From positions 4,154,001-4,218,000 of the forward strand of contig JBHGNT010000002.1 in NCBI GenBank assembly GCA_043228905.1: a stretch of DNA of 64,000 nucleotides. Direction: 5' to 3'. Shown one piece after another: positions 1 through 15,149 of the stretch. The notes beneath the pieces are model-generated. The model did not search any database. It saw only the letters and a list, made by a program, of their open reading frames with translations, and was not told the DNA's origin. Positions within the stretch are counted from its first letter, which is position 1. The number at the start of each line of letters is the position of its first letter. The DNA comes from Azolla caroliniana. Lineage: Eukaryota; Plantae; Polypodiophyta. The position numbers and the translations under genes were made by a program.

Positions 1-268
1 GACCTTAAGGGGAACTCTTGGTATATGTATTTTCAAACGTATGTATGTTTAATGGGTGTTACATAATCGGGGTATTATGCATAGTTGGCCTCGAATGTGT
101 AATAATATTGAGTATTGTAGGGAAACATAAAACTCTACATGCTTTCCCCCTAGAAGAATGCCTTAAATGTTTTGGACTTTAACATATATTTGAACGATAA
201 ACACACATGCGCATGTTGATCACATCCATTGGAGTGCATTGATTAACGCCTTCTATTGATTATTCCAG

Positions 269-2472
<2,204 letters not shown>

Positions 2473-3580
2473 CAACGTTCATATGTTTATTTCCACCTCA
2501 TTCATTTATAGTTTTTGTGGGACCACTATGTAGGGAAATAATAACGTGATAATGCACCCCTTTGATGTGCATATATACCCATATGTTCAAGACACATTGG
2601 TTGTTACAATACTTGTCAACGTATCAAAATGGTATAAGTAAATATTCCATATATAACTCAAATTGTAAGCAGAGAGTGAAGTATTAAGGTGTCAAAGAGA
2701 CATGTTTGTACAATGAAAGATCAATCATCAATCCCAATCAATAGCAACGATACTAATGAAACCAAATAACATGTAAACTTATTGTCTCCCTTTGTATCAC
2801 TACTTCATGACATGTACTAAAAGTATGGACATTGCACACCAAAATGGGTATATAAACCTTCAAGCATCTTCAGAATGTCTAGAGGATATATGGTACTTTT
2901 TGTGATAGTTGCTAGGAGTACCATTTCCCCACAAAAAGAAAACATGGGACAACTTTTGTGAACATAATATATCAAAATAAAATTATGATTTTTGGCTCGT
3001 ACATTAAAATTTAAACTCATTAAAGATACATACATAATCCTAATCCGTGTATGGCTACATTATCCTTTCATATATGTTTGATGAATCATGATCAAGTGGT
3101 TTCACATGAATTTTCCTAGAATTCTTTTAACACCAAAGAATATCTATTCCACATTATTTAATACTTGTATTTATAAAGTAGTATTTTATTCGAAAACCAT
3201 GTATTTTAGATAACTTCACTTGTAAGTTGTAACTCTAGTGGCATCACTTCCTTCATAACATTTCCTCATCATTTTATCGACGACACCCAAAGCTTCTTTA
3301 AACACCACTCAATTGGTTTGCAATTCATCCATGTTTTCTACCACTTGCACATATCAAACTATTTACATCATGTCAATTCAATGGCATATGTTAATCAATT
3401 CTTTGGTACACTCTTGTAATGATGTAATCTTATATTCATGGAAGGAATGTGAGACTACATTGGTTGCATGCATAAGCAACTTAAAAGAGAACATAAAAAT
3501 TGCCCTTCTTAATTTGGAAAATATGAATTCTATTCCTTGATCGAAAAGGTAATGTAGTTTAATGATAATTTGTCCATCAG

Positions 3581-3627
<47 letters not shown>

Positions 3628-6600
3628 TCACACGTATCACGTGAAATGTAATATTTTTGGTCTCATAGGTCATATTTGACCTCCGAAGACGATAATATAA
3701 TCTATCTATCTCAAGTAGAAATTTCGTTACAAATGTGTAAATACCACTATGCTTATTTTACGTGGCAGACATTGGATTCGTAAAGAGACCACTATGATCC
3801 TTCAAACCAAATCACGATGTGACAAATGCCTTGACTTTTGTAATAATGACAATTACTACAGAAGAATACCTTTCTAGTGCTCTACTCCAACCAAGGTATA
3901 AAAAGTAAACACATTTCTCGTTTGCCAATGAAACCATAGCCCCCTAACTTTAAATACTCCAAAATAAGTTGAACGTGAGGCGATAAGCTTTTCAAATCCA
4001 CCTCAGCAGAAACCAAACTTTATCACCCTTCAACAATCTTACTCTCTCTCACGTGTTTCACCAATCTTCTATATCTAATAATACCTAAAGTCACTCAATC
4101 TGTTTAATGTGACAACTCTTTATCTTCCCCCCCTCAACTTCTCCAAGTTGGACACACCAACCTCACCTCTCAAGCCCATATATTGCTCTCTACTTAAGCA
4201 TTGGAGGATGGTCTAAAGAAAAATATGTACATGGTGCCATGTGGCCACACCACACCCTTCATACCAATAGAGGACAATCCGTTCTCCACTTATATAACTT
4301 TTTGGGTCCTACAAATCATGTTTCCAAGTTACCCATGACCATTAAACCTCTCAAATCACAACTTTCTCAAAAACAAAATCTAGTTTTTCTCTAGGTCTAG
4401 AGAGAGAGGGAGACACTTAAGAGGGGGGATTGTAATTTTAAAGAAAGTTTATGATAAGAGAGGGAGAGTCTAGACTCTAGAGAGACAAATATGGTGTCAC
4501 ATATGAACAACATTTGTTTTTTTACCATGATTAGTTTTAGTTGTACTTAATATGAGAAGAATGTTTTTATATTTTCATTAACTTAAACTTTATAAGTGAA
4601 CCATCACATTTATATGTAAAAGAATGGTTTTTATTGCAGACCAAGTGTAAAGATGTTTCTCGTATTGTAGACAAAGTAGCTATAACTTAAATGTCGAGGG
4701 GTAAAAAGTACGTATTCCAATACTACATCAAGTATGTTGAATACTATGACAAGCATTACCACATTAACTATAACTTTAAATTCGAGGGGTAAAAAGTAAG
4801 TATTTTGATACTATATCATCAAGTATGTTGAATAGTATACCCCCAACAATCGTTATTACAAAACTCTACCACTTAAATGATTACGAAATGAGGTAACGCC
4901 TACATCAAATAAGAAAATTTTCAAAGAAAATAACATCAACAATGGTGTCACTAGAGCATCGTAATAAAATTAATGGGGGATCGAGAAATTCATTTTCTAA
5001 GTATTTTGTCAAAGAAATTTAGAACTTTCGATACTAAAGGCCCAAAGGGAGGATCGCTTCTCTTGAATCTGACACACACTTTTTAATGGGTCGTATACAC
5101 TATTTTGTTAAGGGAAAGAAGGGTTTGTATTTGAAAAAAGTGGGAAACCTTCTTGTAAACCAAGCATTTATAGATTATGTTGCCTCGAGAAAAAAAAAAA
5201 AAAAAACTTGCTCTACCCATGTAACTGTGCTATTTTAATATGCCAAAAGCATGCAACTGGCCATGCAACAACTCTATAAATGGAACTGACAATTTAATAT
5301 GAACCGCCTAAAAAGCAAGAGACTTAATTTCGTTCCTAAGAACAACCAGCCCACCAATCCCCTATTATCAAACCATTGCTACCTAACTATACCCCTTCTC
5401 ATATCTCCCTCTACGATTTTACCTTCGTATGATTTGATTTCCTCATCCGATTTGTGTCCACTCTATAATGAACGCGACATAAAATTATTCCATAATTTTA
5501 GTGAGTTTGGTTGGAAAAAATATGGTATGCCTAATTTTGAGTTTGGACTACAATCCATTATTACATCTTAATGTGAATACCACATTTGCAAAATTCTCTT
5601 TCCAAATGTGCCTAACACAATATTTCGCAAATGCCTTCCATATTTTTTTAGTTTGTTTGAACTTTAGGTGGAACCCCACGTCATGAGAACATGCGCAAGA
5701 AGAGAATCGAAATAGCAAGCAAAACCTTCCAATCATTATTTAACATGGGCAATAGGGCACTTACTTTTTCCTTATTTATTAGACCCATATTCCACTCTCC
5801 TATCATCTTGCTAAAGCTATGGAGTTCTATAGAACATAAATCTCCAATTCAAGCTATCATTTCTATCATTTGTCAATCATAGCTTTTTACTCCACACAAG
5901 AATCGATTTATCAATGGGAGAATTCAAAATTTTGTAGCAATCCACATGGGCTAGAATTGCAATAAGACAAGTAACAAGCTATACACCTGGTCAATATTAA
6001 CGGGGGCAACACGTATGATACATCACCGCAATAGAGCTTGTTGCTTTCCATCGTAATCCATGAACCATAGAAAAAGCTTTTAACAAAACAAAGCTGGAAA
6101 TGAAATTGGGCCCTACCCTATCGGATTACAATGACCTTTTCCAAAGTAAGATTCTGTGTTCTGTAAGATTCTTAGAGCACAAGACTGAAGGTAGTGGCTA
6201 TCGAGTACTTCAGAAGATTTGACGATTCATTTTTCTTTTCATTTGATTCATCATGGATAAGCAAAGAGAATGTGTCTTCTTTTTTTTGGAAAAAAAGAGA
6301 GAAGAAAATGTGTCATTTCATGGAAGACTGTGGATGTGACGAGATCAATTGCCTGTCATGTTTAACAAATTCATGGCGCAGCTGAAGCGCAAAAAAAAAA
6401 AAAAAAAATTTAAACAAATAATAAAAACATTGCAAAAAGTGGCACAGAAAGCATTTATAGATCCTGCAATAACAGAACATATAATACAAATTTCAAACAC
6501 TTGGTAGTAAAGTGTTTCAAGCATCAAGGAGGTACAAAGGGGGGGGGGGGGGACCCAGAGCCACACTTACTTTTAGCCTTTAAGGAAACATAAAGGAGAC

Positions 6601-7446
6601 AGACACCACAAGAGCCACATGACACCAACGAGAATAGCGAGAAAAGAGATACAAACCAAAAACCTGGGTCCACTAACACAACTTCAAACACACACAACAC
6701 CCATATGTGTTTTAAGCATCCAGTTGGCATCTCGCTATCAAATAGAACATGGCTTACCTGGCACTCACATTGGAGCCATCTTCATCTATGGCTAGGTGTA
6801 TACATATATATAGCTGGCATTTAACACATACACACATATATACATACATACACAATGCTCGAATGCACATGAGCACCCCCACCACCATTCTCAGCTTCTC
6901 AAGCGTGAAATGCTGGATTCGAATATTTGGAAACAAAAGAAAATGACCCATTATTTCATAGACAACCATGAACCCTAACTCTATAATCTTCTTTCGGTCA
7001 GCCACCAAAATAGATATAGATAAAATGACAGCGCATAATTTATTGTATTGAGTTGAAAACAAATGACCAGAGCTTCGTAACAGCCCCACCCCCACCCCCC
7101 CCACCCTTTACCTTGCAAAAAGGCAATTGCCCTTCCGTTAGTTGCAAAAAATGTACAATGTTTTTTTTTTCTTCTTTTCCTTCTATATAGAATCCTAGCT
7201 TTTTCTATACAAACAACCACCACGAAAAAGACGGAGACGAGAGAGAAGAGAGATGGACGATCAAAGCGACAGAGCAATGTAGGCATATTACATAGAACTC
7301 TAGCCATCTCGAGAGAGAGGGAGAGGGAGAGGGAGAGAGACCCCTAGGTTGCTAGTGGTGCAAACTTCCTAGGTATGAATAGCCACCCTTTCAAAACAAA
7401 AAGGGAGACAGACATGGACAGTAAAAAAGAAAGAAAGAAAGACAGA

Positions 7447-10400
7447 CTAGTGTTTCTTGGGTCTCCACTTTGTTCGGCCTCGGAGAACTTCCACGCCTCT
7501 TGTCTGGAGGCGGAGTAAATGTGTGAACTGGAGGGGTGACTCTTCAGCTGCAATAGCATCCATATGAAACTCGGGTCGTGCCAATGACTCAACCATATCC
7601 GCCCGCCCACACTCTCGCCTGTACTCCAGCGTCAGGGTCATGGGTTCATATCCCACTAGAAGCGTCTGCGGTACACTCTGTATATATATACATACATGTA
7701 AATTACTTTTTGTGTATTTCTACAGGGTAAAAAGGTATAGAAAACAGCACATAAACCAACCATGTTTGTATGTACGCATGCTTGCTTGGATATACAAAGT
7801 ATTTGAATACAACATTTATTATATTTTTATGAAAACTCCCAATTTTATAAGTTAAAATATAATATGAAAAAAGCATTTCAAACTCGTTGACCAGTATCCC
7901 AATGGGTTATAATGTGTTCCTACTAATATATAAAACTAGATTTTCATGAAAAACAACTACATAATATAATGTGTTCCTACTAATATATAAAACTACAAGT
8001 CTATAGAAACTAGCCGAGTAGTTTCATTGGTTGAGAGAAAAAAGTTTTTCATTTGCCCAGCTTCCAGCCCCAGAATTAAATTTTTCTTCCTAAATCTAAA
8101 ATTGTGAGGGGCCCCCATGATATATGTGGTAAAAATCTAATTATTATATGTCTACAATTTCCAAATTTTGTTTGTTTTGTCTATAAAACTATCATTTCTT
8201 TTGTTCTATCCAACATCATAAATGGTTGACGTTTGGCAATAAATACTGGTTTTAACATTATTGTTAAACCTCATATTTCCCACGGAACCAAATTCTTTAC
8301 CTAAATTTGAAAAAACACTAGAATATATAATAAATGAAAGGAAACAGATGTGCATTTGTTTTTATGTATATGTAATGTATGCTTATCTGCATGTGCACGT
8401 GCATGCCTGTTTATGTATATGTGGGTGTGAGTACACACATGTGTTTTATCAAGGTGGGTTATGTGCATCTGTATGTGCATGTATGTGTATGAGTGCATGT
8501 GTATTTATGTATGTGTATGTGTGCATGTGTATTTATGTATGTGCATGTGTGCATGTGTGTTTATGTATGTGTATGCATATGTGCATCTGCATACATTTCT
8601 GTATCTTATGTGTGTTACATACCTGTATCTGCATGTGTATGTGTTGTATCTGCATGTGTATATATTCATGCATGTATACATATGTTTGTATATGGAGGTG
8701 TGTATTAGTGTTGTATATGTATGCATATATTTGTATATATAGGTGTGTACACATTTACAAATACATATACATTTGTGTATAAGTATATATGCTAAACAGA
8801 ATACTTTTCATGACTTCTGAAAACTTAAAACATCATCTCACCTCTAATAGCCAATCAATGTATTTAACATGGTTCACGTGTTGATTCATGTCCAAATCGT
8901 GAATCTTCGACTGCAAGATTAATAAGATTACGAATTTAAAAACATACTCTTCAACAATGCTTGCACAATTCAGCCTCATAACTTGCAAAAAGATAAAAGA
9001 AAAAAGAGAAAAAATGCATGATATTATCTACTTGTGACCCCTAATCATACCAAGTTGTTCATTAACTATGATATAATAGTATGGGATTAAGAAGAGTATA
9101 TTTATATACCATTAATCCACTTGTCCGACAAGGGGCAGTGTCATCTAGTATAGGAATCCTTTTACTAGAATCATCCTCATCCATCACAGACCTCTCAAGG
9201 AACCACGGAGATATCTCAGCTCTTACTGCATCTGGCATTTTTGACAATCTCCTGGTATCTTGATTCATCATGGCCCAATTGCTAGAAAAGAAATTGGTAA
9301 ACCAAAAACCAGTGGTCAATTGAGTACAAATTCCATACACATACTATAAAGAAAACCAAAACCAATTAGTGAAGTAACCATGCAATAAAAAACAGCGCCT
9401 AATTTGCTAAAAAAGAGAGAAAAATGCTAACAAAAAAGCAATGCAATCTAATGGAATGCATATCATATACAATCGAGAACGTCATTATGTACCCAAAATA
9501 GGGGCCCCGATGAACAGGACCAAAAGGGAGAAAAGTAACCCTACTTGTGATCACAGCTCTTTAAAAGATTCTTCCAAAAGAAGGAAGATTTTACCAAAAA
9601 TAATTTGCCCAAGTGTGACAGAAGATAGAACAAGGAATCTCCTGGGGGAAAGTGGGGATACTTTGTACATTCTAAATTTTCAAAGATTCGTCATTTTCAC
9701 AAAAGCAAACTAGAATCTACTAACAACATTTGCCAAAGGTTGGGCTAAAAGTTATGAAATGTCAGCATGGTAAATATTTACTTTAAAGGTTGCATATTGT
9801 AAAATCTCCTCAACAATTTGTACTTAGCGAGTTCTTGAGATTCCTTATTAGGGATAATAGTCGCATTCAATTGCCATGGCTTCAATCATTTAAACAGATT
9901 ATAACTCTAAGATGCTCATGAACAAATCCAAGCAACGCAATCAATATATAGATAGTGATAAGTACACACACTCATACATACATACATACATACATACATA
10001 CATAAACATACATATCAGACTGTGCATGAAATGGTGACGACAGAAAATACCTTGTAGCTCGAGCAAGAACAAAACCAGAGCAGTAATCTCGAACAAGAAA
10101 GTCTCGCCGCATACCATTCTTCCCCGAGTTACTAACCCAAGAGTCAATTTGCACCACATCGCCCCTATACAATCTCCACAGTGAACTTCAATAAATTCCC
10201 GACATTCATAGACATAGAGATCATTTGAAATGATTTTATGGTTGGGAAAGAAAAAAAAACGTCTGCATTCATCAAGGTTGAGATACAGCACCAGACAGGG
10301 TATCGGATCATTTCTATGTGCATTCTTGTGACTATCCAAATGAGCCGATTTTCGACCATGGCATGGGTAGTGCCCATGCCACCATTTCCCACAAAATCCA

Positions 10401-11908
10401 TCATGCCCACATGATTCAGCGCCGTTTCCTATTAGAAAAAAATTAACAAGACAAATGGATACATATAAGAAAAAACTGATTTGCCCATATATAGATACAT
10501 ATAACCAGTAATTAGTGCATGCATAAATACATAGCAAGACCTGTTAGGGCATGCAAACGAGAGTGAAGATCTCATTGAATGATTCACATGCATCAAATGA
10601 CACAGTAGGATGTGCATAGATTGATCTATTTGGGATGCACAGAATGCCTCCTGAATGAGCATGTCGATGAATAGAAGGACTCATTCAGACATGCAGAATT
10701 GATTCATTAGGGCATATCTAGATGCACAGCATGAGTTATTAGGGCATTCATATATTAATGTAATAACTCATTAGAGCATGCATAACAGAAAACAGTATAG
10801 TATTTATAGAAGCATAGATGCATACCCCATAGAATGACAAATTGTGTATGCATAGATATATAGAACCTCCGCATCGTACATGACTCAATGCATAGAATGA
10901 CACATTAGGGAAGGCATTGAAAAGGCAATTGTAGCATGCATGTTCGCATAGCATGACAAGATAGACGATGCATACAACGGCACATAGGGCTTGCATGGAT
11001 GCATAAATTCGTCCATTGTGACATGCATAGATGCATAGAAACATTCCTTATGATATGCATAGATGCATAGAATGAGTTATTGTTGCTTGCATATATGCAT
11101 ATGCATGACTCATTAAAACATGCATAGATGCATCGCATGATCCATGAAGCATTCATAGATGCAGAGCATGAGTCGTGACAGACACATATCAATATTTTGC
11201 CTTATTAAGGGCATAAGCAGATGCATAAAATGGCATATAATGATTCATTTAAGGCGTGCACACATCTACAAAAATGAATCAGGGCATACATTGTTCTGAG
11301 TCATAAGACCTAAAAAATACACAGAACTCAAGAAATCTGGCAACAAAAATAACATGAAGAGAGACAATTCTTTGAAGGAAAGATAACAAGAATTAATCTA
11401 AATGTTTCAAGGAAAATGTCAGAAAAAGAACAGCCAATTCGTTTGCCAGATTTTTAACGAAAAAGAGACAAAAATGACCCCAAAAAATTTTAATTTTCCA
11501 AAGGAGGAAATAAACCTGAAATAGGTTAGTCATGGTCTCAATCGGCGCCGATTTGTCAAACCCGACCTCATAAGAGCGAATAACAAAGATTTGTCTGTAC
11601 ACAAGTTTATTCTCAACTAATCTTCCTTTCCCCAACACATCAAGAGGGATTTCTTTGCTTTCTAATTTCAATGCATCTTGCTTCTGGTTCATAATACCTT
11701 CTCTGCTCTCCGACACCAAAGTATCGTCTTTGTGAAGCTTCGTCACAGAGCCATTGATGTGATTATTAGGTCTGGAATTGAGCCTAGTGAAGTCGCTGGC
11801 CACAGATCTGATAGTAAAGCAGGTGTTTTGTGAGGTATTCTTCATAGAAGAAAGCCCACCATGGCTATGGAAGAAGCCTTTACTGATAGCTATTCCTGTG
11901 TGAGACAT
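7447..11908 (-). CDS. Plastid acyl-ACP thioesterase (FatA/FatB family), 6 exons
   Basis: Exons 11908-11516, 10428-10292, 10164-10051, 9281-9110, 8910-8842 and 7677-7447, all GT-AG and in phase. Motifs: YRQIFVIRSYEVGFDK, LFQETALNHV, LIWIVTRMHIE..RYPVWGDVVQIDSWV, GKNGMRRDF, DLDMNQHVNHVKY, TLEYRREC, EVLRGRTKWRPK. The Ser/Thr-rich N-terminus resembles a transit peptide. Confidence 0.95.
8350..8790. repeat. Low-complexity (TATG/CATG/TG) tract in a thioesterase intron
   Basis: Degenerate gtat/gcat/tg repeats; source of the spurious Cys/Met/His ORFs. Confidence 0.85.
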
Positions 11909-12639
11909 CTCCAGGTTTTAGGCCTTCAAGGGTTAGGGTTAGGGGTGGTGTTGAGGACTGGGATTTAGGGTTAGGGCTAGGGTTTTGATGGTTTCTTAGT
12001 GAGAATTGGGGCAAGCAGAGAAGTGGGTTATGACACCAGGAGAGGAATTGAATCGGTATAGCATCACAGCCCCCCCACCCCCCACTCCACTCCACTCCCT
12101 CTCCCTCTCCCTCTCCCCCCCAAAAGAGGAAACTAGAATAGATTTAGCAGTGGAGAAGAAAAGACAGGGGAGGGAAGGAAAAAGTAGAGAGAAAGGGGAG
12201 GGGGGGAGGCTATGGAAGGAAGGAAGGAAGAAAGGAAGGAGGAAGAGGAGGAGGAGGACTCAGAGTCAGACAGACAGACAGACAGACAGAGAAAGAGAGA
12301 GAGAGAATTTGAACCCTTTCTTCCTTCTTCTCATCAGCAAAGGTCCATGGATCGATCTATCTATCTATCTATCTATCTATCTAATTCTAATCTATCTCAT
12401 CTCTGCATCTATTTCTTCTTCTTCTTCTTCTTCTTCTTCTTCTTCTTCTTCTTCTGTCTATCTATCTATCACATTGACTGCCCTATCCAACCCCTCTGCC
12501 TAAATATTTAATGTGCCCTAGAATTTCAGAGTTCCCGTCGCCATCACCATCACCATCGCCGATCGCCGATCGCTACACCCGCCCAACCCTCTGTACCTCG
12601 CCCGCCCGCCCATTGGCCCCATAAGCCCTCAAATTGCCT

Positions 12640-13335
12640 TCCTGCGTCTCTTCGTCTCAACCAATCCGGTCGTCTGCATATCGATCCATGCATGTAACAC
12701 CCTTCTATGTATGTGTGTCTGTGTGTATGACGAGAAGTAGCTAACACGCTAAACCCGCCCACCCCAGAAGCCCTTAGATTTGCCCTGTCGTCCTGCGTCT
12801 CCTCATCTCAAGCGATATAGTCATCTCCATATTGATCCATGCGTGTAACACCTTGTTATGTATAGTTGTTTGTTTGTTTGTGTATGACGAGAAGTAGCTA
12901 ACACACTAAACCTGCCCGCCCCAGAAGCCCTTAGATCTGCCCTATCGTCCTGCGTCTCCTCATCTCAAGCGATACAGTCATCTCCATATTGATCCATGCG
13001 TGTAACACCTCGTTATGTATAGTTGTTTGTTTGTTTGTGTATGACGAGAAGTAGCTAACATGCTAAACCCGCCCGCCCTAGAAGCCCTTAGATCTGCCCT
13101 ATCGTCCTGCGTCTCCTCATCTCAAGCGATACAGTCATCTCCATATTGATCCATGCGTGTAACACCTTGTTATGTATAGTTGTTTGTTTGCTTGTGTATG
13201 ACGAGAAGTAGCTAACACGCTAAACCCGCCCGCCCTAGAAGCCCTTAGATCTGCCCTATCGTCCTACGTCTCCTCATCTCAAGCGATACAATCATCTCCA
13301 TATTGATCCATGCGTGTAACACCTCTCTATGTATA

Positions 13336-13404
<69 letters not shown>

Positions 13405-13740
13405 TGAGGAGTAGCTAACATGCTAAACTTGCACGCCCCAGAAGCCCTTAGATCTACCCTATCGTCCTGTGTCTCCTCATCTCAAGTGATCCGGTCATCT
13501 GCATATTGATCCATGCATGTAACAACACCTCTCTATGTATATTTGTTTGTGTGTGTGTATGTATGACGAGGAGTAGCTAACATGCTAAACTCGCCTGCCC
13601 TAGAAGCCCTTAGATCTACCCTATCTTCCTGTGTCTCCTCATCTCAAGTGATCCGGTCATCTGCATATTGATCCATGCATGTAACACAACACCTCTCTAT
13701 GCATATTTGTTTGTGTGTATGACGAGGAGTAGCAAACATG
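12640..13740. repeat. ~157-bp tandem repeat, about 7 copies, upstream of the thioesterase
   Basis: Marker tatgacgag(a/g)agtagc at 12726, 12883, 13040 and 13197 (157-bp period), then ~13400 (after a GT expansion), 13562 and 13717. Confidence 0.9.
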
Positions 13741-13799
13741 CAATGGTCCAGAACCCATCCATATGCATACATTTTGTCGTTGACACACCTTTTCTAGCT

Positions 13800-14262
13800 C
13801 CCAATTGGTTTTTCTGCTTGCCTCGATCATCCAACACACGGAAGCTTCGTTTCATTCGAGAGGGCAGGGTGTTTGTGAGTCCGAGGTCTTGCTTGCTTCG
13901 ATTGTCAAACATGGGGGCCTTGTTTCGTTCGAGGGTAGGTGACCCTTGAGTCCAACAAACCTGAACATCTCTTTTGTGGATTTGAGTGTTGATATAGGTT
14001 GGCGGCCTTGAGTCCAAGGTCTTGCTTGCCTCGATTGTCAAACACGGAAACATTGTTTCATTCGAGGGTAGGTGACCCTTGATTCCAATAGACTTGAACA
14101 TCTCTCTTGTGATTTGAGTGTTGACATAGGGTTGGTGGCCTTGAGTTCGAGGTCTTGCTTGCCTCGATCATCGACATGGAAGCCTCATTTTGTTCGAGGG
14201 TAGGTGACCTTGAGTCCAATAGACTTGAACATCTCTCTTTGCAACTTTAGAGTTTGACATAG
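13800..14262. repeat. ~132-bp tandem repeat, about 3.5 copies
   Basis: ttcgagggtaggtgacc recurs at ~13928, 14061 and 14193. Confidence 0.85.
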
Positions 14263-15149
14263 GCAAGGAAAGGTCTTAGTACAACAAATCTCAATCAGTG
14301 GGAAGGTTTTAACATCTTGCTGATTTGATCACGTTCTTCTTTTATCAACATTGTCAAACATCCAAAGTCTATGCACGTGATAAGGGGGAAAGCATCATGT
14401 CTTTGGGGGTGTACATAAGACTCGACCACTTTTAAACTTTCTATTGATATGGGAGGAAAAGCTCAAGTATTAGTTCCGTCCAACTAAGAACACAATTAGC
14501 AAAGTGGATACATTTTTTGGTAGCCCAAGAAGAAAACATTGTGGTGGAGCAAATGAACCAAATATATGTGGAGGTAACTCAACTTATGCTTCATTGGTTT
14601 CCAAGTTTGTCTACATCCTCAAATAAGATGAAATTGTAGCATTTTAGAGAAATACTTGGTTAATGTTTGCAACATATTGCTATGTACTCCTACCTATCAT
14701 TTGGAGATTGACATGTTATGTGCATGTATACATAATGTAGTTAGGACAAAATTAGATACCAAAGTAGGAAATATATCACCACCAAATACAATGTGAGATC
14801 GAGATGTAGAAAATATGTACCCTGATGTGAAAGGAGATCTATGTGTCTCAATGTTGTGGAGATGATTTGCAACTATTGTGTCGTAGTTTTCGGGCTATTT
14901 AGGGACGCCACAAACCATTCATCACAAAGATACATCAAACATCTTATGCATTTTGAATTTATATAAGGAGAGGCGGTATATTCATGTTGTAATCAAGTAA
15001 TGGATAAATAGAAAGAGTGGATTCAAAAGTAAAAATTGAGATGTTGATATTAACGAGAATTTTATTACATGTGTTGGGTAGTTTTTTAACAACCTTCAAA
15101 TAACCAAAATACCTCCTAATAAAGTAGTTTAAAACGGTTACAAACTTTT

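Noticed and set aside
4680-4840. ~88-bp local duplication
   Set aside because: Ordinary small intergenic duplication with no further structure.
8261-8782. Cys/Met/His-rich ORFs on both strands (also 9941-11192)
   Set aside because: Translations of TATG/CATG low-complexity intron sequence of the thioesterase.
12006-12511. 165-aa and 99-aa plus-strand ORFs
   Set aside because: Microsatellite-rich 5' region of the thioesterase; no protein signal.
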